This document shows, piece after piece, positions 19,404-28,343 of a DNA stretch of 40,390 nt; within the stretch, counting starts at the first letter, position 1; every line of letters begins with the position of its first letter. The position numbers and the translations under genes are program-made. This stretch comes from Folioceros fuciformis. Lineage: Eukaryota. A model generated the notes under the pieces. That model was not told the origin of the DNA. It saw only the letters and a program-made list of their open reading frames with translations, and ran no database searches. Location: positions 1 through 40,390 of the forward strand of contig JBNGIO010005880.1 of assembly GCA_049999805.1 (NCBI GenBank), in the 5' to 3' direction.

Positions 19404-21827
19404 TTAAGAACTCACCTGCGTCCAGCTTCCTTGATATGGGGTATGCTTGTCATCCCCAACTAGAAAGCTATGCACCAGCCCCCCTTCGTCTGTCCACCAG
19501 CTCTGACCTGGCTGCTTCCTTGCTCTGAGTCTTGTTCTCATCACCTCCAACTCCAATGCCTGCTCCCACATCCGGGCACCCTTGTATATGTTCGACATGA
19601 GCACATATGCTGCGGCATCTTCCTTGTCTAGCTTCACTGCTTCATTGAACGCATGGCGTCCCACCTCCACACTTCCCCACTTTTGACAAGCGCCCAACAG
19701 GGTGTGCCAAACTGAAGCATTCGGCCAAACAGGCATGGATCTCACAAAAGCTAGCGCCTCATCCAGTTTTCCTGCACGGCCCAGGAGATCCACCATGCAC
19801 GCATAGTGCTCAACGGTTGCTTCAATGCCATACTGTCCACTCATCGCCTCGAAGTGCTCCCACCCCTTCTCCACTAGACCTACATGACTGCATACTCTTA
19901 GTACACTAAGAAATGTGATGCCGTCTGGCCGAACACCGTACTCTCTCATTCTCCGAACCAAGTCGAAGACTACTTCACTCTCTCCTTGAGAAGTGTAGCC
20001 TGCAATCAGCGCGCTCCAGGCGACCATATCTCTTTTCGAAGACGCATCAAACACCGCCTGGGCCTCAACCATGCTCCCGGACTTCCCGTACATGTGTATC
20101 AAACTACCAACAAACACGTCAGCTTGAAAGCCTTGCTTTACTATCTGCTGATGTAGCTGCCTTCCGAGATACAACGCAGCCACATTAGCACACGCCTGCA
20201 GGAGGCACAAAAACGTCACCGAATCAGCTGCAACCATGCCTTCTTGCATAGCCCTATAGAGAGAAAGGGCTTCCTGCCCCAAGCCCTGCTGGGAATACCC
20301 TGCTAATATGGCATTCCATGTCACTACATTTTTCTGACCAAGTCCATCAAACAGTTTCCGGGCATCCTCCAAGCTCCCACACTTGGCATACATGTTCACC
20401 AAACTGTTGGCTACCATCACATCAGCTTCATGTCCTTGTTCTCTGATCTGCGTATGAAGTTGTTTGCCTTTCTCCAATGCTCGAGTGCCCACTCGAGTGC
20501 ATGCCTGCAAGAGGCACACAAATGTGATGGAATCAGGGACAGCGATTCCCTCTTCTAACATAGCACAGTGAAGGTCAAGGGCTTCTTGACCCATTCCCTG
20601 CTGGGAGTATCCTGCTATCATCGCAGTCCAAGTCACCACATCTTTGTGATCAAGCGAATCAAACAATTCCCTTGCATCTTCCATACTGCCACACTTTGCA
20701 TACATGTGCACCAAACTGTTTGCTACAAAACTGTCAGCTTCATGTCCCTGTTTCCTTATTTGCAAATGAAGATCCTTTCCCTTCTCCAATGCCATTTTGC
20801 CCACGCTTGTGCACGCCTGCAGGAGGCACACAAATGTGACAGCATTGGGTACAGCAATGCCTTCCTCTTCCATGGCACTATAAAGACGGAGGGCTTCCTG
20901 CCCCATGCCCTGCTTAGAATATCCTGCTATCATGGCAGTCCAGGTCACAACATTTTTTTCAGCGAGTTTATCAAACACACTATGTGCATCCTCCAAGCTG
21001 CCACATTTAGCATACATGTCCACCAAGCAACTCGAAACGAATACATCCGGGTCGATGCCACTGGCCAAAACATCTGCATGCACCTGCTGGCCAGCTTTCA
21101 AGTCCGAGGCCTTTGCACAAGCCTGAAGAGCTGCCACAAATACATGACCGTCTGGCTTTACATTGGACCTGCGCATCCGATGATACAGTTGTATGGCCTG
21201 CTTGCCTTGTCCGTGTTCAACGTGAGCAGAGATTATGGCTGACCAGGTGAAGGCATCTGCCTCAATAATCGCTTCAAACACATTCATCGCGTCTTGCAAC
21301 CTGCCATGAGAAGCATACATCCGCAGGATGTGGAAGCCCACGAACGTATCCGAATGGTATCCCTTTTGAACCGCGAAAGCATGAACGCGGCTGCCCAGAA
21401 CAAGATCCTGATTGATTAGACATCCCTTCAAAATAGCGAGGAAGAGGGATTTGGAAATATAACGGAATGTCCGCACCAGGACTTCCATAGCCTCAAGAGC
21501 CTCCGTGAGATGCCCCTCGCGACATAGCCTTCTTACAACCTCACCTGTTATGCCCCAATCTTGAACTGCAGACCTGGTAGGGTGAGGATCATACCCTACG
21601 CTACCATGGGAGGCACAACGACCTATCCTCGAATCTGAAACACCAAGGTGTGCATGTCTCCACGTTGGATTGCGGAAGTTGATATCCCGGGACTGTGTAG
21701 CCCAGAGGCGAAGTGAGTCACGACCCCTCTCCTTTAGCCTGTTCTGCCACCCAAGTGGGTGCCGACCCTCGATGGAAGCCTCAACCAGATGTCCTGCTAA
21801 GGTGCTGCACCCGTTGGCTCCTGGAAA
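19404..21827 (-). CDS. PLS-class PPR protein, E1-E2 plus WW-type PG box (KQPGQSWW), DYW truncated; 5' end uncertain or disrupted
   Basis: ORF 19404-21488 has PLS triplets, P2-L2-S2 and E motifs. The frame stays open upstream to 21827 (VVRRLCREGHLTEALEAM, like the neighbours' MLCQQGKLTEAVGAL) but has no earlier ATG. A donor-like CAG|GTGAGT at 19416/19415 suggests a further 3' exon. Confidence 0.88.
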   Translation of the reverse strand, partial: FPGANGCSTLAGHLVEASIEGRHPLGWQNRLKERGRDSLRLWATQSRDINFRNPTWRHAHLGVSDSRIGRCASHGSVGYDPHPTRSAVQDWGITGEVVRRLCREGHLTEALEAMEVLVRTFRYISKSLFLAILKGCLINQDLVLGSRVHAFAVQKGYHSDTFVGFHILRMYASHGRLQDAMNVFEAIIEADAFTWSAIISAHVEHGQGKQAIQLYHRMRRSNVKPDGHVFVAALQACAKASDLKAGQQVHADVLASGIDPDVFVSSCLVDMYAKCGSLEDAHSVFDKLAEKNVVTWTAMIAGYSKQGMGQEALRLYSAMEEEGIAVPNAVTFVCLLQACTSVGKMALEKGKDLHLQIRKQGHEADSFVANSLVHMYAKCGSMEDARELFDSLDHKDVVTWTAMIAGYSQQGMGQEALDLHCAMLEEGIAVPDSITFVCLLQACTRVGTRALEKGKQLHTQIREQGHEADVMVANSLVNMYAKCGSLEDARKLFDGLGQKNVVTWNAILAGYSQQGLGQEALSLYRAMQEGMVAADSVTFLCLLQACANVAALYLGRQLHQQIVKQGFQADVFVGSLIHMYGKSGSMVEAQAVFDASSKRDMVAWSALIAGYTSQGESEVVFDLVRRMREYGVRPDGITFLSVLRVCSHVGLVEKGWEHFEAMSGQYGIEATVEHYACMVDLLGRAGKLDEALAFVRSMPVWPNASVWHTLLGACQKWGSVEVGRHAFNEAVKLDKEDAAAYVLMSNIYKGARMWEQALELEVMRTRLRARKQPGQSWWTDEGGLVHSFLVGDDKHTPYQGSWTQVSS

Positions 21828-22267
21828 TCAGGCGGCCGGAAGCTCTCCGTACCTCTAGCCCACCACCCATAACTCCCAGAGCATTCCGTGAGATCTTGGA
21901 TGCGAATAGGCATCCAGTCGTTGCCGAGGACAACCTGGGATAGCATGGCCTTGTTCTTGAGGCGACCAAGCTTGGATGTCATGCGCGACACACTGCAACC
22001 TCAGCCACCAACGCACAGCCAGGTAAGCACTTCAAGCCATAGTTGGCGGACTGTAGTTGCGGCAAATAGCTGCAGCCTGTGAGGGTGGTGGGTATGGTGC
22101 TTGGTACACCACCAAGCGGGGGCCATCTCTTTGCGTTCAAGACTCCGCCTTGTAGCTCAGGTGCCTTTGCTATCTGTAAAAAAAAGGCGTCTGCACTGTC
22201 CTGCTTGAGGGTGGTGCAGTCATGCAACCCACTGTCCGCCTCAACAACCGAATGCTTTGCCTGCAAT

Positions 22268-24883
22268 ATGGCAACAATATGGGCTCCGGATTCATTGTGG
22301 ACCCAGCATATTGGTGGCTGGACCGGGATTGTACGACGAGCTCCTGCTCACCTTGACTTAGCTTCGAGTCAATTGCTAGGAAAGAATCAAGCCTCCAGAT
22401 GCAACAGTGTAAGGAGCACTGCACCTCTACCTCCGAGAAAAAGTGTGGGTGGGAAAGAATTTCCCGGCGATGCTGGTCACCAGGATCAGGATCGCTTGTG
22501 GGAACACCTTTTTCTGGAGCCTAACATGTGGTGGGACAACAGGCGAGACAAGAAGAGCTCCCGTGCGCCAGACTTTCGGCGTAAGGGGTCCGGTGAGGTC
22601 CTCTGCTTAAACAGCACGTTCAAGCCAGCTTGGGTGGATGAGCAGCTTGTGTCTTTGGATATACAGATGGGTCATGGTAACTCTCCTTCCAAGTCCGGCT
22701 CCCCGGATAAGGATAAACCTGAGCCTGGCAGGCAATCAGGATCGGAGATGGGCGTCGTAAAAGCTGTAAGCGTGGTTACACTATGTGAGCAGGGGAGGCT
22801 TACCGAGGCCGTGGGGGCCCTGGAATCTCTGGCGAAGACGGATTCTGCTATTTCCCAGTCTCTGTTTTACACGGTCCTGAAACTGTGTGCAGCTAAGAAG
22901 GATCTGGTTGCAGGGCAACGAGTTCATGACCTCACTGTGAAACTTGGGTACGAATTGGATGCATACCTGGGGAATCATATATTGCGCATGTATGCAGCTG
23001 GAGGTAGGCTAAAGGAAGCCATGGATGTGCTCATTAGGGTTGCCAAACCGAATGCTTTCATGTGGTTTTCCATAATCTCTGCATATGCGAAGCATGGGAA
23101 GTACAAGGTGGCCATCCAACTGTACCATGAGATGCGTAGGTCAGACGTGAAGGCGGATGCCCACGTCTTTGCAGCTGCCCTTCAAGCCTGTGCATCTGCC
23201 GCAGACTTGGAATCTGGTAGAAAAGTGCACTCTGATGTGTTGGACAGTGGCATTCCTCCCAACATGTTTGTTGGAAACTGCCTGGTGGACATGTATGCAA
23301 AATGTGGCGAACTGGAAGATGCACGACAGGCCTTTGACAGCTTGGCCAGAAAGGATGTGGTGACATGGACAGCCCTGATTGCCGGGTATGCACAGCAAGG
23401 GCTCGGCCAGGAGGCACTTGTACTATATGGAGAAATGGAACAAGAGGGCCTGTTTGCGGCTAACGATGTGACTTTCGCTTGCCTTTTGAAGGCCTGTGCG
23501 AGCACTGGTGCCATTCAGAAGGGCAGGCAGTTGCACTCACAGATTGTCGAAAGGGGACAGCTGAATAACATAGTGTTGGGCAATTGCCTGGTAGACATGT
23601 ATGCAAAATGTGGTGAACTGGGAGATGCACGCCAGGTTTTTAACAGCTTGGCCACAAAGGATGTGGTGACGTGGACGGCGCTGATTGCTGGGTATGCCCA
23701 GCAAGGGCTGGGGCATGAGGCTATTGTTTTGTATGAGCAAATGGAGCAGGAGGGTCTGATTGTGGCCAACCATGTGACTTTTGCTTGCCTTCTGAAGGCC
23801 TGTGCAAGCGCTGGTGCCTTACAGATAGGAAGGCATCTGCATTCACAGATTGTAGAAAGAGGACAGCTGGGTGACATCCTGGTCGGTAACGGCCTGGTGG
23901 ACATGTATGCAAAATGTGGCGAAATGGAAGATGCACGGCAGGTTTTTGACAGCTTAGCCACGAAGGATGTGGTGACATGGACGGCTCTCATATCTGGCTT
24001 TGGTACTTGTGATGAAAGTCGCAACGCACTTGCATGTTTTGAAGAGATGCTAATAGCTGGTGTCCGGCCCAATGATGCTACTTTCACTTGCCTTTTAGCA
24101 GCATGCAGTCATGAGGGACTGGTGAACGAGGGTCGCAGGCACTTCAATACCATGGTCCAAGAGTATGGCATAAAACCTACCACTGACCATTACGCTTGCA
24201 TGATTGAGCTTCTTGGGCGTGCAGGCCATTTAGATGAGGCGGAGAACATGCTCTTGTCGTGTGAGGGCCGAAGTAACATTGTGGGCTTGACCTCTTTGCT
24301 GAATGCCTGCAAATGTCACGGGGATATAGAGAGAGCGACGAGGTGTTTCCAAAGCCTGGTTAGACTGGATCCTCAGTATGCGCCCGCTTATGTGCTGATG
24401 GCCAATGCGTATGCAGATGCAGGTAGGCGGGCTGAGGTAGAGAGGATCGAAACGCTGAGAAGGGCAGCAGGAGCGTACAAGAAACCTGCAGTGGCGGGCA
24501 TTGAGGTGAACACGCAGGTACATACATTTGTAGTTGGAGAAAATAGAGATGGTGTCGGGGTCAAGGTAGAGAGCATGAATGCACGTCTGAAGCAGGAAGG
24601 GGGACACGTTCCCCACACAAAGTTGGTGTTAAAGCCCTTGTCCGAGACGGAAAAGGAAGATGCACTTTGTGGGCACGCTGAGAAGCTAGCCCTGGCGTTT
24701 GGTCTGTTGAACACTCCGAGTGGCACACCTCTGCTGGTAACAAAGAATCTGCGCATGTGTAGTGACTGCCATAGTTCCACCGAGGTCATGTCAAGGGTTG
24801 AAAAGAGAGGCATTGTAGTAAGGGATGGGTACCGTGTGCATCGATTCGAAGGTGGTCGGTGCAGTTGCAAAGGTCGACCGTAG
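22268..24883 (+). CDS. PLS-class PPR protein with DYW:KP (GRP-type) domain, paralogue of 10389-13916; N-terminal OSB-PDF-like motif
   Basis: ATG 22268 (MATIW) matches the paralogue's MATVW. L-(S-P-L)x3-S-P2-L2-S2, E1, E2, KKPAVAGIEV, CGHAEKLA, RMCSDCH, HRFEGGRCSCKGRP. Confidence 0.95.
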   Translation: MATIWAPDSLWTQHIGGWTGIVRRAPAHLDLASSQLLGKNQASRCNSVRSTAPLPPRKSVGGKEFPGDAGHQDQDRLWEHLFLEPNMWWDNRRDKKSSRAPDFRRKGSGEVLCLNSTFKPAWVDEQLVSLDIQMGHGNSPSKSGSPDKDKPEPGRQSGSEMGVVKAVSVVTLCEQGRLTEAVGALESLAKTDSAISQSLFYTVLKLCAAKKDLVAGQRVHDLTVKLGYELDAYLGNHILRMYAAGGRLKEAMDVLIRVAKPNAFMWFSIISAYAKHGKYKVAIQLYHEMRRSDVKADAHVFAAALQACASAADLESGRKVHSDVLDSGIPPNMFVGNCLVDMYAKCGELEDARQAFDSLARKDVVTWTALIAGYAQQGLGQEALVLYGEMEQEGLFAANDVTFACLLKACASTGAIQKGRQLHSQIVERGQLNNIVLGNCLVDMYAKCGELGDARQVFNSLATKDVVTWTALIAGYAQQGLGHEAIVLYEQMEQEGLIVANHVTFACLLKACASAGALQIGRHLHSQIVERGQLGDILVGNGLVDMYAKCGEMEDARQVFDSLATKDVVTWTALISGFGTCDESRNALACFEEMLIAGVRPNDATFTCLLAACSHEGLVNEGRRHFNTMVQEYGIKPTTDHYACMIELLGRAGHLDEAENMLLSCEGRSNIVGLTSLLNACKCHGDIERATRCFQSLVRLDPQYAPAYVLMANAYADAGRRAEVERIETLRRAAGAYKKPAVAGIEVNTQVHTFVVGENRDGVGVKVESMNARLKQEGGHVPHTKLVLKPLSETEKEDALCGHAEKLALAFGLLNTPSGTPLLVTKNLRMCSDCHSSTEVMSRVEKRGIVVRDGYRVHRFEGGRCSCKGRP

Positions 24884-25955
24884 GCAGTCGAGAACCGACT
24901 AGCTAATGCTCAATCAGCAGGTCAAATGCGACACAGGGGAGGGTGTCAGGATTTTCTTACCCAAACTGCGCCATCGTGAATTGCCCTGGCAAATGTGGCG
25001 GAGGCAATGAACACTAGAGTGAAGTCCCCAGCAAAATTCGTTCCGAGTTCAAGAATGAGGCGAAGGGGAATGCTGGACGACTCGTCGCGGCTTCCGAAGC
25101 ACAGGTTCCTCAATGGGCAATTGACTAGTTCAGCCGCCCATGGAGCCAGCTTGGGTGCCGAGAAGATGGGGCCCGTGCTGACCACAACCTCCACAGTAGC
25201 TACAGCTGCTATGCAACCTCGGCTGACGAACTTGGCTCCGATCCATAGGCTCAACACGACGGATTGCTACAACGCAAACAGCTGCAAATTTCATCTCCTG
25301 ACAAGCGGACGAGTCTATGTAACGGCTTCTTATGTGGAAGGTCCAGGCTCCGCGCTCCGCACCTTGTCTGATGACTGGAAGCAAAACGAGATTTGTCTCC
25401 TCCTTGACAAAACACTCGTTAAAAACTAGGTCCCTTTCCGAGCTTCTGGTCGTTCCATCCTTTCGATGCGCAGATGTTCGAAGCTGATTGTAGTGAGCCA
25501 GCCAGCATCGGAAAAATCTCCAGGGGTGTGCAACGCGTGTAGAACTTTGCACACTCTGACATCTGTATTGCGGGGATTCGAACTTCACAGGCCTCTCATG
25601 TGTCCAGGTCCCACCCGTCCCTTTATGTCGCTTCCCGGGCAGGTACCTGATGTAAGGACGCATCTCCCCTGGACAGGTCAACCACCAGGAATCACTGCGG
25701 ATGCCTCCCCTATCAGCGGCCAACCACATGAGCCACACCGCACGACACAGACAACTCTCCAGTTCCTTCACACCAGCTTGCACGCACGTGTTGCCCTGCT
25801 GATTCCATCGCCTAACATCCCTTTGACTGATGTTCAGCCGGCCGTAAGACCAAACGGTATAGACCCTCCTGGTAAATAGCTGTATGCCTCTACAAACCAA
25901 CCGGGAAGCTATCAGTCTTCAGGTGCGGGGAGGAGAAACTGGCTCGGTCGAGGAG

Positions 25956-28343
25956 ATGTCGAAGCACAGCGAGAAGGTAGCGGCGTATCTGACCCACCTC
26001 TTCTTGCTCCTCGCCATCCTCTTCCCGACACTATGTTCGACCCAGAACATGTCCTCAACGCAGAACAGCACCAGCTTCAGGGTCACCAACTTCACCTCCT
26101 CCGCCGTCCTGGTGTCAGGGGACTCGGCAGTGCAACCCGACGGCTCCCTGCTGATGACGGTGAACTCGAGCGGCGTCTCAGGCCCGTCTCTCAAATCCCG
26201 CGCCGTCTACTCCACCCCGGTCCAGTTCGCGGACGCGGTCTCCGGCACTGCGGCCTCCTTCAACACCTCCTTCACCTTCGCCATTCTCTCCGCCAACGGC
26301 ACCGAGAAGGGCGACGGCATGACCTTCATCATCACTCCCGAGCCCGGGGTCCCCAAATCCATCTACAGCGCGGGAGGTAACCTGGCTCTCTACGACGTCC
26401 TGCAGTACAACGTCTCCAACTCCAGCATCCATGTGGTGGCCGTGGAATTTGACACCTTCTCCAGCCCGCCCGACCCAGTGGGCGACCACGTCGGAGTGGA
26501 CATCAACTCCTACATCTCTGCCAAGGCGGAAGTCCTCCCTCCAGGCCTCGCCCCCCTCAATACCTCCTCCACCAGGCAACGCCTCACGGCATGGATCGAC
26601 TACGATGCGGTGGCCGGGCAGCTAGACGTCTTCCTCGCCCACGCCCCCTCCCAGAAGGGAGCCGCCACTCAAGTCCTCTCGTACGGTCCACTCGCCATCT
26701 CCCAGTACGTGACCCCCAACTCCTATGTCGGCTTCACCGCCGCCACCGGGTCCTTCTTCGAGCTCCACGCCGTGTTCGACTGGAACTTCTCCAGCAGCCT
26801 GGTGCCCAATCCGCTCTTGTCTTCCCCGCCTCTCTTTCCTCCTGCGCCGGCTCCGGCTCCGGCTCCAGCCCCAGGTCTGGGGCTACTGGGCGGTGTGAAG
26901 TCCGGGAAATCTTCGCACACCGGCCTGATTGCTGGTGTGGTCGTGGGAGGTGTGGGAGCTCTGCTTTTGGTGCTGCTGGCGCTTGTGGTGCTGTTCCGGA
27001 GGAGGAGGTCGCTGGAGAGGAGGAAGTTAATTCCGGGAGGGGACGCGGGGCAGGATCTGTCGAGCTCGTGGATGGAGTTGTATGCTGCGGATGTGAATTT
27101 CGGGCCGCGCAGGTTCTCGCACGCCGAAGTAAGCTCCGCCACGAACCACTTCGAGCAGAGTGCTTTGCTGGGGCAGGGCGGATTCGGGAGCGTGTACAAG
27201 GGGGTCATGGCTGGTACGGTGGCGGGGACGACGGTGGATGTGGCCGTGAAGAGGGTGTCCAGGACGTCGAGGCAGGGAGAAAGGGAATTCCGAGCGGAGG
27301 TGCTGAGCATCGGGAGGCTGCGGCACAGGAACTTGGTGCCGCTCGTTGGATGGTGCCATGACCAGGGGGAGCTGCTGTTGTTGTACGAGCTCATGCCCAA
27401 CGGAAGCCTAGACAGATGGCTCTACCGCAGCGGCACTCACCACCACATTGAAGGGTATCCGGAATCGGATACGTCTGGCAAGGCGCAGGTGCTGCCGTGG
27501 GGAGACAGGTACAATGTCCTGTGCGGGGTTGCATCTGCCATCGTCTACCTGCACGTGGAGTGGGAGAAATGCATCGTCCATCGAGACATCAAGGCCAGCA
27601 ATGTGATGCTGGACGCTCAGATGAATGCTAGGTTAGGGGACTTTGGGCTGGCCAGACTCACGGACCATCGGTACGGGGACGGCGACCACTCCGCTACCTC
27701 CACGGCGGTCGCGGGAACCCGGGGTTATCTCGCACCGGAGTACGCGGTATCGGGGAAGTCGACTCCCGAGTCGGACGTGTTCAGCTTCGGGGTTTTGGCG
27801 TTGTCTGTGGCGACCGGTCGCCGGCCGTATGAGCCGGTAGGAGAGGACGAGCAGTATCTGGTGGACTGGGTGTGGAGTTGGCAGGAGTGTCATAGGCTGG
27901 AGGACGTGGTGGATGCGAGGCTGGAGGGAGATTTTAATGAGGAGCAGTTGCTGCGGGTTTTGAAGGTTGGCTTGTTGTGCACACATCCGGATCCCAAGGC
28001 CCGGCTTCCCAGCCAGGTGTTATTCCAGATGCTCAAGGGTGATAGTGAGCTGCCGTCGTTGCCGGCCTCTAGGCCTGTGGCAATTTATGTGAGCGAGTTT
28101 ACCGTGCCGTCTGTGGATTCTAATTTGTCGGGTTTGGAGAGCAACGTGGCGGAGAAGAAGGCGGGGTCCGGAGATGTGCAGTATCCGGAGCCGGTTGAGA
28201 CGAGCCACACGGAGTCCTATCCCAGTGATTCCAGCCTCGCGTATCGCAGTGACGCGGGAAGTCAGCCGGATAGTGAGAAGCATCCGGGTGGTAATGCCGG
28301 GCGCGGGGCTGGCAGCGTAGGTTCTTTTGTCCAACCTAGATAG
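25956..28343 (+). CDS. L-type (legume) lectin receptor-like kinase, intronless
   Basis: Signal peptide from ATG 25956; lectin motifs SFNTSFTF, GDGMTF, VAVEFDT, DHVGVDIN, AWIDYD, YVGFTAATG; Pro/Ala linker; TM helix followed by RRRR; kinase motifs GQGGFGSVYKG, VAVKR, HRDIKASN, DFGLAR, GTRGYLAPE, DVFSFG. Confidence 0.96.
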   Translation: MSKHSEKVAAYLTHLFLLLAILFPTLCSTQNMSSTQNSTSFRVTNFTSSAVLVSGDSAVQPDGSLLMTVNSSGVSGPSLKSRAVYSTPVQFADAVSGTAASFNTSFTFAILSANGTEKGDGMTFIITPEPGVPKSIYSAGGNLALYDVLQYNVSNSSIHVVAVEFDTFSSPPDPVGDHVGVDINSYISAKAEVLPPGLAPLNTSSTRQRLTAWIDYDAVAGQLDVFLAHAPSQKGAATQVLSYGPLAISQYVTPNSYVGFTAATGSFFELHAVFDWNFSSSLVPNPLLSSPPLFPPAPAPAPAPAPGLGLLGGVKSGKSSHTGLIAGVVVGGVGALLLVLLALVVLFRRRRSLERRKLIPGGDAGQDLSSSWMELYAADVNFGPRRFSHAEVSSATNHFEQSALLGQGGFGSVYKGVMAGTVAGTTVDVAVKRVSRTSRQGEREFRAEVLSIGRLRHRNLVPLVGWCHDQGELLLLYELMPNGSLDRWLYRSGTHHHIEGYPESDTSGKAQVLPWGDRYNVLCGVASAIVYLHVEWEKCIVHRDIKASNVMLDAQMNARLGDFGLARLTDHRYGDGDHSATSTAVAGTRGYLAPEYAVSGKSTPESDVFSFGVLALSVATGRRPYEPVGEDEQYLVDWVWSWQECHRLEDVVDARLEGDFNEEQLLRVLKVGLLCTHPDPKARLPSQVLFQMLKGDSELPSLPASRPVAIYVSEFTVPSVDSNLSGLESNVAEKKAGSGDVQYPEPVETSHTESYPSDSSLAYRSDAGSQPDSEKHPGGNAGRGAGSVGSFVQPR

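Noticed and set aside
22079-22267. 63-aa N-terminal extension of the second GRP-type ORF
   Set aside because: It begins at a non-ATG codon; the paralogue aligns from MATIW at 22268.
24946-25900. Possible F-box/LRR pseudogene on the minus strand (TRACKLV*RNWRVVC near 25745-25790; APKL..LVNCPLRNL)
   Set aside because: Only short motif-like words in broken frames; not supportable without a profile search.
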